Of a stretch of DNA of 38,810 nt, positions 9,694-19,432 are shown in pieces. The stretch is from the IMG/VR virus record IMGVR_UViG_3300032218_003242, positions 1 through 38,810 of that record; one strand, given 5' to 3'. The notes beneath the pieces are model-generated. The model did no database searches. It was not told where the DNA came from and saw only the letters and a program-made list of their open reading frames with translations. This DNA comes from a virus. Taxonomy: Duplodnaviria > Caudoviricetes. The stretch's first letter is position 1. Each line of letters begins with the position of its first letter. A program made the translations under genes and the position numbers.

Positions 9694-9744
9694 GAGCGGC
9701 ATGCCGATGTGTTACCACCAACACAGGCATGCCGCTCCTTTATT
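9694..9744 (+). terminator. Intrinsic terminator after major tail gene
   Basis: GAGCGGCATGCC(9694-9705)/GGCATGCCGCTC(9726-9737) plus inner TGTGTT/AACACA, followed by CTTTATT. Confidence 0.75.
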
Positions 9745-9781
9745 AAGATCTACATTAACGACGATTAGACAGGATAGATAA

Positions 9782-11146
9782 GTGTCAAACCTTTGGATTA
9801 ACGTTGAAGAGCTTGACTCTTACGCAGATCATGAATACGCATATGACGCCGTCAAGGTTGCGTCTCAGCTTCTATGGTCTATGTCTGGTCGTAAATATGG
9901 TGGAATCTCTACAGTAAGTGAAAAGTACGTGTGCGCGTCTCGCGCGTATCGCCTAGGCGCATCTGCACGCAACTACACGCCGGAGCTTGTTGGCGGCGAC
10001 ATGTACAACATTCCTTTTGATGAATTTGACGACTACGCGGAGCTAACTACAGACGGTATGTCCCCGTCTACCCGCCTACGCCTACGCGGACGGCCTGTTA
10101 TTAAGATTGACTCTGTCCGTGACCGCACCGGAAAGATCGTTGACCCATCTAACTACTATCTAGTAGATCACTCTACCCTTCAGGCACGTTCGGGCACCGC
10201 ATGGGCACCGTGCAATATTGAGGTTACCTATACATACGGATCTCCTCCTCCTGCGTCTGGTAGAGCTGCAGCCCGCGTTCTTGCAACAGAGTTTATTAAA
10301 CTTTGGAACGGTGACGACTGCGATCTTCCACAACGTATCACCTCTGTTTCACGCCAAGGTATCTCCTATACAATTCTTGATAACCAGGACTTCATCGCAG
10401 ATATGCGAACAGGTCTATACATCGTAGATCTATTTTTAAAGTCTGCAAATCCAGATAAGGCGCGCGCAAAGGCACGTGTATTCTCACCAGATGTTCCTCG
10501 TGCACGTCGTCATATACCTAAGCCTCTTTCACTTGCGCCAAGTATTCTTGATATGAATATCACCGGCAAGGATGGTGGAACACTAGACGTAAACATCGAC
10601 TACATCAACGCTGCGTTCTTAGTTCTTGATGATGCCTGGGTTCCTACACTTAAGATAGGCAACTACAGTGGCAGCAAAACTCGTGACCTAGGATCTGGCG
10701 CCGTGTCTATCAACACTATCATTAACGATATCTCTAAGTCAGTGTCCTTTAAGCAACTTGCAGATAACATGGCTATTATTACCACGTCGACTGCTCACGG
10801 GTTCTCGGTAGGCGACTATGTGACAATCTCGGGCGTAGATGCGACATTTAACGGCTCCTATTACATCGCAGATGTTCCTACGACTACTACTTTTATGTTT
10901 GTCAAGGTTACGGACAACGTTGCCCGTGTTGCAGCTACAGGCACGGCGCTTGTTACAAACGAGTCACGTGACACACTAACATTATCAGTCGCGTATACAG
11001 ATGCATATGCCTACGCAGGTTTTGTTGATCCAGGTACGTGGGATCTTTACGCGACAAAGGGTGAAGAAACTGTATATATTGCGTCTGGTAATCTTTCCCT
11101 CAGACTTGGTACCCCTACAACACCTACCTATACATTAGATAACTGA
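9782..11146 (+). CDS. Head-to-tail adaptor protein with C-terminal extension
   Basis: ASQLLWSMSGRKY, YTYG.PPP.SGR.AA..LA.EF, C.LPQRITSVSRQGIS, TGLY.VDLFL..ANP motifs of actinophage adaptors. Confidence 0.75.
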   Translation: MSNLWINVEELDSYADHEYAYDAVKVASQLLWSMSGRKYGGISTVSEKYVCASRAYRLGASARNYTPELVGGDMYNIPFDEFDDYAELTTDGMSPSTRLRLRGRPVIKIDSVRDRTGKIVDPSNYYLVDHSTLQARSGTAWAPCNIEVTYTYGSPPPASGRAAARVLATEFIKLWNGDDCDLPQRITSVSRQGISYTILDNQDFIADMRTGLYIVDLFLKSANPDKARAKARVFSPDVPRARRHIPKPLSLAPSILDMNITGKDGGTLDVNIDYINAAFLVLDDAWVPTLKIGNYSGSKTRDLGSGAVSINTIINDISKSVSFKQLADNMAIITTSTAHGFSVGDYVTISGVDATFNGSYYIADVPTTTTFMFVKVTDNVARVAATGTALVTNESRDTLTLSVAYTDAYAYAGFVDPGTWDLYATKGEETVYIASGNLSLRLGTPTTPTYTLDN

Positions 11147-11156
11147 GGAGGCTAAC

Positions 11157-11660
11157 ATGCAAATTGTTAATATAGCCTCGGTAAGTGAAGACGCACTACA
11201 CCTTAAGAACTTTCTTGACAAGATTCTTGATAAGGTAGTTAAAACTTACGAGGACTACAATGTTCCTCTGCCTCATCGTCAATTTTGGACAATGGGCGAG
11301 CCTGCTATCGACTGCGAGCAGCTCTGCGTTTCGTTTATTCAAATGTACCTAGGGCTTCCTGGTGATCAAGCTAGCCAGCCACAGAGAGCAACGTCGCCTC
11401 GTAGCGCGGTGTTGAGTATTGCTATTTCTCGTGCAATCCCTGTCGTAGGTTCTAACGGAAAAGCTCCTACAGGTGAAAAAATTCAAGAAGGTTCAGAGAT
11501 CTCGGCAGTTGACGCATATATGTTTATGGAGCTTATCACAAAGCTGGATCAGTGGGAGCCTGGAGAATTTGGCATGGGTGTTATCGCTACAGTCGAGGCA
11601 ACAACTGCAGAAGGTGGTTTCGAGACTACTAAAATGCAGGTAACGTTAGTGGTACCATAA
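11157..11660 (+). CDS. Tail terminator / head-tail connector protein
   Basis: Size, position, PAIDCEQLCV motif; SD GAGGAGG. Confidence 0.55.
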   Translation: MQIVNIASVSEDALHLKNFLDKILDKVVKTYEDYNVPLPHRQFWTMGEPAIDCEQLCVSFIQMYLGLPGDQASQPQRATSPRSAVLSIAISRAIPVVGSNGKAPTGEKIQEGSEISAVDAYMFMELITKLDQWEPGEFGMGVIATVEATTAEGGFETTKMQVTLVVP

Positions 11661-12049
11661 TGACAGTAAAAGTAGTTTTCTATAAGCCAGTACTTGATGA
11701 AGTCTTAAAAAGTCCCAATGGTATGGTAGGACGCTACCTTGCTGAACGTGGTCGTCGTATCGTTATTGCAGCAAGAATGCAGGCAGGTGTAAAGACTGGT
11801 AAACTTAAAGCTTCTATTCATATGCGCCACGAGGTCGGCGGGACTAGCGGTCAATATGTAAAGGTTGGATCTAGCTTACACTATGCGCTGCTACATCACG
11901 AAGGCACTAAGCCTCACATCATCGTTCCAAATAGAGCAAGCGTGCTGCGATTCTCTTCAGGTGGAAGAGTTATCTATACACATGCAGTGCGACATCCTGG
12001 AACACGACCAAATAGGTATCTCACCGATAACCTATATTTGATAAAATAA
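11660..12049 (+). CDS. HK97 gp10-like neck/tail-completion protein
   Basis: AGVKTGKLKASI, YALLHHEGTKPH.I, V.HPGT.PNRYL motifs. Confidence 0.75.
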   Translation: MTVKVVFYKPVLDEVLKSPNGMVGRYLAERGRRIVIAARMQAGVKTGKLKASIHMRHEVGGTSGQYVKVGSSLHYALLHHEGTKPHIIVPNRASVLRFSSGGRVIYTHAVRHPGTRPNRYLTDNLYLIK

Positions 12050-12103
12050 GAATTGAGACATACGTCTCGATAAAGACACTAACACACTACAAAGGAAGAA
12101 AAC

Positions 12104-12445
12104 ATGACTAATAGATTCAAGGACTTTGGTTCAGGTATCGGGCAAGAGGCAAGAGAGCCTCTTTCTTTTAAGCTTCACGGAGAAGATTTTAACTGCATCC
12201 CAGAGGTGCAAGGTAAGACTATGCTAAACCTTATCTCTGACGCAAGCTCAAATGACCCGGCTAAATCAGCAGAGCTTATCAACACTTTCTTTAAGAAAGT
12301 TCTAGTTGAAGAAAGCTTCGAGCGCTTCAATGCTTTATGCGAGCACCCAGAAAAGATGGTAACAGTAGAGACACTTGCCGACATTACATCCTGGCTTGTT
12401 GAGGAGTACTCAGGACGCCCGGAAGAGCAGCCTACAGTCTCCTAG
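12104..12445 (+). CDS. Tail assembly chaperone (gpG-like)
   Basis: Two ORFs before tape measure; ends WLVEEYSGRP, typical of actinophage chaperones. Confidence 0.75.
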   Translation: MTNRFKDFGSGIGQEAREPLSFKLHGEDFNCIPEVQGKTMLNLISDASSNDPAKSAELINTFFKKVLVEESFERFNALCEHPEKMVTVETLADITSWLVEEYSGRPEEQPTVS

Positions 12446-12840
12446 AGTGGGGGATTGACCTATGGCCTTATGTGAATGGAAGAGCATTAGTGAATGGACT
12501 ACAACTTGCAAGCATGGAATTTAGTGACATGCTAGACGTTCTTCACTACTTCCTTGAGGACGACATGAACTACAGCACCGCGGAGCAGGCTGAAGCTCGC
12601 AATAAGACTAGATCTTCTATCTACTCTGATCTATATCATAGCGAGTATAAGTACGCATCAAGTAAGAGTGATATTTCTGCATCAGGTGCTATGGACTTTG
12701 ACGCTCCTCAGGTAAGTGAACCAGAGCTTAAACCATTTGAACCAAAGAAGAAGCCTAAGCCGTATCTAGAACCGACAAGCGTGAATGCAAATTCATCTAA
12801 GCCGTTTGGCGATATTCTAGATTCTCCACTCGGGCACTAA
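12421..12840 (+). CDS. Tail assembly chaperone C-terminal frame (gpGT-like), probably reached by -1 frameshift
   Basis: -1 frame open from 12403 and overlaps upstream ORF; reads GRAAYSLLEWGIDLWPYVNGRALVNG..; no good SD before GTG 12472. Confidence 0.65.
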   Translation, partial: GRAAYSLLEWGIDLWPYVNGRALVNGLQLASMEFSDMLDVLHYFLEDDMNYSTAEQAEARNKTRSSIYSDLYHSEYKYASSKSDISASGAMDFDAPQVSEPELKPFEPKKKPKPYLEPTSVNANSSKPFGDILDSPLGH

Positions 12841-12874
12841 GAACTAATAATTAGAAAAGGAAGGAGGTGACACC

Positions 12875-15800
12875 ATGGCAGTAGTCGGTGAGGCATATAT
12901 AGTTATCAAGCCTGTAACAACTGGGTTTGAGTCTGCAGTACGCAGAGATCTACAAAAACTTGAAGGTGTTGCCTCTGGAGTTGGAAGAAACGCTGGAGCT
13001 AAGTTTGCCAGCGCTTTTTCTAAGAATCTTGGAGCTCTAGGTGTTAGCTCTGACTTTGTAAATAAGATAGAAGACCAAGGAAAAGCTTTATATGCCTTGC
13101 AGTCAGCAGGGATTGGTGTTGGTACTGTTATTTCTGAGCTATTAGGAAGTGTTGCGGCTCTTGCAGGTGGCGTAGTTGCTCTCGGCAGTGCGCTGCTTTC
13201 TGCTGCGCCGGCTGCACTAGCTCTTGGTGCAGGTCTAGTAGACATAGGGATAGGAGCAATAACTGCCAAGCTTGCCTTGTCTGGTATATCAAAGGCTGTA
13301 ACTACACTTAATAGGGAAAAGAATTTAGCAGCAGCTAGCGACACTGCTGCAAAACGAAGAGTTGCAGACGCTGAAAAAGCTCTTCTACAAGTTGTTTTAT
13401 CAAATACAGAAGCTCTAACTAAAGCTGATAAAGATGTAACAGATGCAAAAAATAAGTTTACAAAAGCTCAAGAAGCGCTTACTACAGCACTTAAAGACGG
13501 CAACGAACAACTTCAGCAGATGGGTTTTGATGCGGAAAGTGCTGCGCTTGCAGAAAAACGAGCAGGACTTGATCTTGAAAAAGCTCGTGAAGGTTTAGCG
13601 CGTGTTCAAGATTTACCTCCTAACTCTCGTGCCCGTCGCGAAGCACAGCTTGCATACGCCGAGGCTGATCTTAATCTTCGTCGCGCTAAAGACAAGAACT
13701 CAGATCTTGCTAAGCAACAAGAGTTACTTGCAAAAACAGGTGTTGAAGGTCTTGACTCGGTCGTTGCCGCTCGTGAGGCTGCAGCACAAGCGGACTCCGC
13801 GGTATCTGACGCAAAAGACGCTAGATCAAAAGCTGAAGTTGATGCCCTACAGAAGCAAAAAGATGCAGAGGAAGCTCTTCGTCGAGCGCAAACAGACGCG
13901 GCAAACGGTCGTAGAAGTGGAACTGTAGATCCTCTAGCTAATTTGTCAGCATCACAAGCTGAGTTTGCTAAGTTCATCTCTGGCCTTCAACCAGAACTTC
14001 TAAAATTAAAAGAAGCGGCGGCAGGTGCTCTTCTTCCTGCGCTGCAGACAGCAATCACAACTCTGATTGATAAGGCATTTCCTACATTAAAAGTTGGTCT
14101 TAGAGAAGTAGGAACTGCCTTAGGTGACGCAGCAATTCATTTTGCCAATGTTGTTGTTACTCCAGTAAATTTGCAAAAACTTTCAACGGCATTCACAAAC
14201 GCGGCAACTGCCATTGAAAAACTTGGAAGCATCGGAGGAAACCTTTGGGGAATCTTCCTATCAGTTCTTGTTGCAGTTGACCCGCTGTTACAGAAGTTTC
14301 TTGATTGGCTAAATGCAAGCACAAAGACTCTTGATGAAAAGCTTAACGCGAACCCAGAGAAACTTAAGGCATTTTTTGCCGAAGCTGGCCGCGTGGCTGC
14401 CGAGGTTGGAAAGATCATTGGAAACATCGCTAAAGGCCTTGGAAACATCATCAAGGCAAATACCGGTCCTGGTACAGGCGGCCAGATTATGCTTGACTAC
14501 TTTAAAGATATCACCGGCGCGTTTGCTATATTCTCTAAGTCAGAGAGTGGCCAAAATAAGTTAAAAGACTACTTTGCGGGTGCGGCTGAAAATACAAAAG
14601 CTATCCTAAGCAGCGTTGGCGCTTTTGTAAAAGAGCTACTTAAACTTGGTAATGATCCAAACATCAAAAAGTTTTGGGACATCATAAAAGAAGCCGCACC
14701 TTCATTTGGTAACATAATGAAGATGACCAACGAGGCAGCTCCTTCAATGGGCAGACTATTTGTAACTATAACAAAGATACTTGAGGCTTTTACACAGACA
14801 TCTACCATACAGGTCTTCTTTGATACACTTAATACTATAGCTTCAGTAATTCTTGCAATTTTTAGCAGTGATATTCTTAAGAAGATAATGGACTTTACAG
14901 CTCCTATCCATGGTCTTGCACTAGCGTTATTCTCAGTTGGATTTTTATGGGCTAAGTTTGGTGCAGGTATTCTCTATATAGTTGGAAAACCATTCTCTAT
15001 GTTTATTACAGGACTTAGCGGAATAGGTAAGGCTGTAGGCCTCCTTATGAATCCTTTTGAAGCAATGTCTGGACTTCTTAATAAATTAGTTTTAGGCTAC
15101 CTAAAACTTGGACCCCTACTAGAACCTATAGCTGCAAGTTTTGGTGTTGCTGTTGGCCCATTCTTAGCAGTAGTTGCAGCTATTGTTGCATTGGTTGCTA
15201 TATTTGCTATCGCGTACAAGAGTAGCAAAGATCTTAGAGATGCTATAAGCGGACTAGTTGATGCTGTCGGCGGAGCTCTTGGTAATGCGTTTAATAAGAT
15301 AAAAGATGCGATTGGCCCACTAGCTGCAAACTTCTCCGGGCTAGGTGATATATTTAAGGGAATAGGAGACTTCCTAGCAAAGTACGTCGTGCCTATATTC
15401 CAGTTTTTACTTGTAGGCGCTATTAACATACTTGCAGATGCCATTGTTGTTGTTATAAATATTGTCAAAGGTCTATGGAAAATTCTTACCTTTGACCCGT
15501 TGCCGACTCTAAAAGCCGTTTTTGATGCGGTAGTTGGATTTCTTGCCGGGCTAGGTGCACGATTTGCTAAAGGCGCTGGAAACATATGGGGCTGGTTAAC
15601 AAGCGGCCTTAAAGACACTATAAATATGGTAATCAACCTGATAAATGTTCTTATTCGAGCAATGAATAAGATCTCATTTAAGATCCCAGACATCATTGGC
15701 GTCCCTGGGCGTGGAACTACGTTTGGTATTAACATTCCAACAATTCCTAATTTTGCTTTAGGCGGTGTAGTTAATCCTTCATACGGAGGAACTATCGCGC

Positions 15801-16009
15801 GTATTGGGGAAGCTGGTCGTCCAGAGAGAATTGAGCCTCTTGATCCAAATGGAATGTCTAAGCGTGATAAGGCTATGATTGAACTTCTTGCAGGAGGCTC
15901 TGGAGGGAATACTATTAACGTCTACCCATCAGCGGGTATGAACGAGTCAGAGCTTGCATCTATGGTTTCCCGTCAGATTGCTTTCCAGATGCGTAAGGGC
16001 GGTTCATAA
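12875..16009 (+). CDS. Tape measure protein
   Basis: 1044 aa, Ala/Leu/Gly-rich helical, VGEAYIVI N-terminus, coiled-coil, hydrophobic segments, C-terminal FALGGVV...IGEAGRPE.I.PL; SD AGGAGGTGA. Confidence 0.92.
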   Translation: MAVVGEAYIVIKPVTTGFESAVRRDLQKLEGVASGVGRNAGAKFASAFSKNLGALGVSSDFVNKIEDQGKALYALQSAGIGVGTVISELLGSVAALAGGVVALGSALLSAAPAALALGAGLVDIGIGAITAKLALSGISKAVTTLNREKNLAAASDTAAKRRVADAEKALLQVVLSNTEALTKADKDVTDAKNKFTKAQEALTTALKDGNEQLQQMGFDAESAALAEKRAGLDLEKAREGLARVQDLPPNSRARREAQLAYAEADLNLRRAKDKNSDLAKQQELLAKTGVEGLDSVVAAREAAAQADSAVSDAKDARSKAEVDALQKQKDAEEALRRAQTDAANGRRSGTVDPLANLSASQAEFAKFISGLQPELLKLKEAAAGALLPALQTAITTLIDKAFPTLKVGLREVGTALGDAAIHFANVVVTPVNLQKLSTAFTNAATAIEKLGSIGGNLWGIFLSVLVAVDPLLQKFLDWLNASTKTLDEKLNANPEKLKAFFAEAGRVAAEVGKIIGNIAKGLGNIIKANTGPGTGGQIMLDYFKDITGAFAIFSKSESGQNKLKDYFAGAAENTKAILSSVGAFVKELLKLGNDPNIKKFWDIIKEAAPSFGNIMKMTNEAAPSMGRLFVTITKILEAFTQTSTIQVFFDTLNTIASVILAIFSSDILKKIMDFTAPIHGLALALFSVGFLWAKFGAGILYIVGKPFSMFITGLSGIGKAVGLLMNPFEAMSGLLNKLVLGYLKLGPLLEPIAASFGVAVGPFLAVVAAIVALVAIFAIAYKSSKDLRDAISGLVDAVGGALGNAFNKIKDAIGPLAANFSGLGDIFKGIGDFLAKYVVPIFQFLLVGAINILADAIVVVINIVKGLWKILTFDPLPTLKAVFDAVVGFLAGLGARFAKGAGNIWGWLTSGLKDTINMVINLINVLIRAMNKISFKIPDIIGVPGRGTTFGINIPTIPNFALGGVVNPSYGGTIARIGEAGRPERIEPLDPNGMSKRDKAMIELLAGGSGGNTINVYPSAGMNESELASMVSRQIAFQMRKGGS

Positions 16010-16010
16010 A

Positions 16011-17417
16011 ATGTCAAGAGTCAACCTAGTAACTAATCCTTCTTTTAAGACGGATACTACAGGATGGTCTGCTACAGGTTCCTCTACTATCGCGCGTATC
16101 ACCACCGACGCATTCTACGGCACATCTTGTTTACAAATTACCAAGGCTGCCTCGGCTAACTCCGGTGTTATTACATCTGCACGAATCGCGGTGACAGCCG
16201 CGGCTTCGTACTCTGTATCCGCATATGTAAAGGTACCTGATAACCAGGAAACCGGGACACTACGCATTGACGTCAAGTGGTATACCGCTGTCTCCGGTGG
16301 AAGTCTTATATCAACAAGTTCAACTAATCCGATAGAAATTCCAACAGGCAGTGACTTTACTCGTCTAGAAGGCGTAATGATAGCGCCTGCGCTTGCGGTT
16401 GCAGCTACTATATCTGTTATTCAACCTCTAGCAGGCACGGCCGGCAAGAAGTTCTTAGTCGACGCTTTATTATTTGAGAATGCTTTATATGTTGGAGAGT
16501 ACTTTGACAACATAACGCAGTCATACGAGAATACGCAGGTAAACCTAGGCCTTACACCTTTGCCGATTCCTCATATCACGGGAATGAAGCTTAACGCCGA
16601 CATTGCTATCGGCGACCTTATTCTTAATACAATCGACGAGAACGGCGTGGTATGGGTGTGTACGGACATTGACGGCTGGTGGGTACACCCGGAGCCTGAG
16701 GTTCGTGATATTCCTCGTGGTTGGGGAGACGGCTCCTATGATGTACGTGGGCGCTATATGGCACGCCAGCTAACCCTTAATGGGGTGTTTCTTACACCTG
16801 ACCCTGCGCTCGTTCAAGTGTCACGCGATAAACTTATTAAGGAAACCGACCTAGTCTATATAGGTGCATGGATTAAGGTAGACGAGGAACCAACAAAGGC
16901 TTCCTTTGTGCGCCTTAGCGGACGTCCTAACATTAAGACAGTTAATGCGAGAGGACGCACCGAGTTTTCTATCGGCCTGCGCGCTCCAGATCCTCTCAAG
17001 TACGAATGGTATGCGGAGGACGAGCTAGGATACCGCTATGTAACTATCCAGGGGGCAAACTCAGGAGTTGCCGGTTCAGGCGCTGGTACAGTGACTAACA
17101 CAGGAAACGCCTATGCACCGGTAATCTTACAAATTACAGGACCGTTAACAGGCCCTGCAACTATTCTTAACGAGACCACCAACGAGTCTATTACAATTAT
17201 TGAAACTTTGACATCTGGACAGGTTCTAGAGATTGACACACGAGATCACGTAGTTACGCTTGATGGAGACTCTGTCGGTAAGCGCAGTCTTGTTGATGTT
17301 CTTGCAGAGTGGACTCTTTTAGCTCCAGGAGATAATTCGTTTAGCTTTGTAGATGATGGAGACACAACAAGTGATGCGTCTTTGGCTGTCTATTATCGCT
17401 CCGCGTGGCTTGGATAG
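16011..17417 (+). CDS. Distal tail (Dit-like) minor tail protein with N-terminal carbohydrate-binding-like domain
   Basis: ATG 16011 right after TMP stop; NLVTNPSF...TGW CBM-like start; RQLTLNG, APDPLKY, N.GNA.AP.I.ITGP, L.PG.N, RSAW motifs of Dit family. Confidence 0.78.
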   Translation: MSRVNLVTNPSFKTDTTGWSATGSSTIARITTDAFYGTSCLQITKAASANSGVITSARIAVTAAASYSVSAYVKVPDNQETGTLRIDVKWYTAVSGGSLISTSSTNPIEIPTGSDFTRLEGVMIAPALAVAATISVIQPLAGTAGKKFLVDALLFENALYVGEYFDNITQSYENTQVNLGLTPLPIPHITGMKLNADIAIGDLILNTIDENGVVWVCTDIDGWWVHPEPEVRDIPRGWGDGSYDVRGRYMARQLTLNGVFLTPDPALVQVSRDKLIKETDLVYIGAWIKVDEEPTKASFVRLSGRPNIKTVNARGRTEFSIGLRAPDPLKYEWYAEDELGYRYVTIQGANSGVAGSGAGTVTNTGNAYAPVILQITGPLTGPATILNETTNESITIIETLTSGQVLEIDTRDHVVTLDGDSVGKRSLVDVLAEWTLLAPGDNSFSFVDDGDTTSDASLAVYYRSAWLG

Positions 17418-17464
17418 TATACAATGTATTCAACGACGAATCTACTTAATGAGGTACAACTTAG

Positions 17465-19432
17465 ATGGTAATGACCGATACGGTATCCGTAGAATACCGG
17501 TATTTTACTACTGATCTTTTAACAAATCAGGTACTTGCAGAGATTCCATTTCGCGGTGTCTCCTTCGAGCGCTCGATTAAGGCAGCGGGCTCATTTAGCG
17601 GAACTATTCCTGTAATTCCAGACACATCTTCGATGGATATCTACAACAGTACGATGCCCGGAAAGACAGGGCTGTACGTCGTACGCGACGGTGTGTGCAT
17701 CTGGGGTGGCATTGTCTGGCACCGTTCATATGACGTTGTCACACGCTCGTTAAACGTCTCTGCATCCGAGTTTACAAGCTATTTCCACCACCGTGACATA
17801 TGGAAGACATGGACACATGATTTTGGCGCAGACCTTGTTGTTTCAGGTGGAACTATCACGGGAACTCTTCAAGCTTTAGAGTATGACTTTCCCGTTGGAT
17901 CATCGATTCAGATCTCTTTTGTAGAGGTTGGAGATTTTCAATACAGCGGTTACTATACGATTGCAACTTCTCCAAATGCCACGACCTTTACAGTCACCGG
18001 CACCTCGGTTCCTAACGGTTCATATCCTGGAGTGACGGTCTATGCCCGCGTAGATACATATGACTTTGTTCGCCAGCTTCTTGACGAGATCCTTGTTGAT
18101 TTTAGCGGTATAGCATTTCCTAACACAGACATCGAGCCTGCCCTTGCTACAGAGTTGCAGATCACGTCAGTTACAGCTCCTGGTGGTGTTAGCATGATCA
18201 CCACTTCTACAGCGCATAGCATCATGCCTACACAGACTGTAGAAATTTATAATGTTAATGGAACTTTAGATGGCCTATGGGATGTTATTGCTACGCCTAG
18301 TGATACTACATTTACTATAAATTCTTCTTCTACTGCGTCAGTATCAACAAGTACTAAAACTGTCACGTCTAAGTCTATCGTTGATTTCACTGGAGTATTA
18401 ACTACGTCAGGCAGTCATGGGTTTACAGCAGGCGACTACGTAGTTTTATCGGGTGTAGACGACCCTACAACTTTTGTTACGATATTTGATGGTAAGCAGT
18501 ACATATTGTCAACTCCTACATCAAACACTTTTACAATTGCCGTATCTGATAGCGACATGGCTGCAACTGCAGTCGCGTCGGGTTCTGCCGTGGTACAGCC
18601 TACAGTTAAGTATGGAACGTATGGACCATATCCTGGAAACTCTGACATTGATATGCAGTACTCTACAGACGCATACAGCGGTAAGAACGTGCCAAATACT
18701 AACTACCGTGGTTATGAGCTAAAGTCCGCGGGTGAAGAGCTTGACGCGTACTCAGATACGGTTGACGGCTTCGAGTATCGCATCGACTGTGATCTTGTAT
18801 ATATTGGAAACGTACCTACATTTACACGTACGTTTGTTCTTATCGCTATTGACTTTCCAAATCCTCCTGCCCCAGGAGAGGTATCGCCTCCTAGCCGCTA
18901 CGGCGCAGACCAGCTTGTGTTTGAGTATCCTGGAAGTATCATCAACGTTACGATGGAAGAAAATGCAGAGCACGCGGCAACACGTTTCTTTGTCGTAGGA
19001 AACATCCCGGATCTTGGAAGTGACATTAGCCAGCCGTACGCCGTCGCTAGTGCGACCGACATGCTTCTTAACGGTTGGCCTATCCTTGACGCAAATGAAA
19101 CACGCAGCGAGGTTGACAACGAAGAGCTTCTTTACTCGCATGCGGAGCGCTATCTAACCGAGTCACGTCCTCCTATCTCAGATATTAAGGTTAGGGTTAA
19201 CGGATCTTTATCTCCTGTTATCGGAGAGTACGTTCCGGGAGACTGGTGCTCTATCATAGTTGAAGACGAGTTTATCCGCATGCGTCTTGCAAGCGACCTT
19301 GAAGTGCGTGACACGGTTATCGTTCGTAAGATCGACGGATATAAGGTAACGGTTCCTGATACACCAAGTTTTGGCGAGGAAGTAGAGCTAACACTAGTCA
19401 CGGAAGCGCAGGTTGATAAACGTGGTCAGTAG
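17465..19432 (+). CDS. Minor tail protein (Tal/hub-like) with three inserted beta-domains
   Basis: DLLT..VLAEIP, GVCIWGGIVW.R, GFEYRID, FEYPG.I motifs of actinophage baseplate hub proteins; follows Dit. Confidence 0.75.
   Translation: MVMTDTVSVEYRYFTTDLLTNQVLAEIPFRGVSFERSIKAAGSFSGTIPVIPDTSSMDIYNSTMPGKTGLYVVRDGVCIWGGIVWHRSYDVVTRSLNVSASEFTSYFHHRDIWKTWTHDFGADLVVSGGTITGTLQALEYDFPVGSSIQISFVEVGDFQYSGYYTIATSPNATTFTVTGTSVPNGSYPGVTVYARVDTYDFVRQLLDEILVDFSGIAFPNTDIEPALATELQITSVTAPGGVSMITTSTAHSIMPTQTVEIYNVNGTLDGLWDVIATPSDTTFTINSSSTASVSTSTKTVTSKSIVDFTGVLTTSGSHGFTAGDYVVLSGVDDPTTFVTIFDGKQYILSTPTSNTFTIAVSDSDMAATAVASGSAVVQPTVKYGTYGPYPGNSDIDMQYSTDAYSGKNVPNTNYRGYELKSAGEELDAYSDTVDGFEYRIDCDLVYIGNVPTFTRTFVLIAIDFPNPPAPGEVSPPSRYGADQLVFEYPGSIINVTMEENAEHAATRFFVVGNIPDLGSDISQPYAVASATDMLLNGWPILDANETRSEVDNEELLYSHAERYLTESRPPISDIKVRVNGSLSPVIGEYVPGDWCSIIVEDEFIRMRLASDLEVRDTVIVRKIDGYKVTVPDTPSFGEEVELTLVTEAQVDKRGQ

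Noticed and set aside
15097-15735. 212-aa minus-strand ORF (and other antisense ORFs such as 12844-13344, 28056-28580, 5717-6184)
   Set aside because: Fully antisense to well-supported + strand genes; no SD or recognisable motifs; shadow ORFs.
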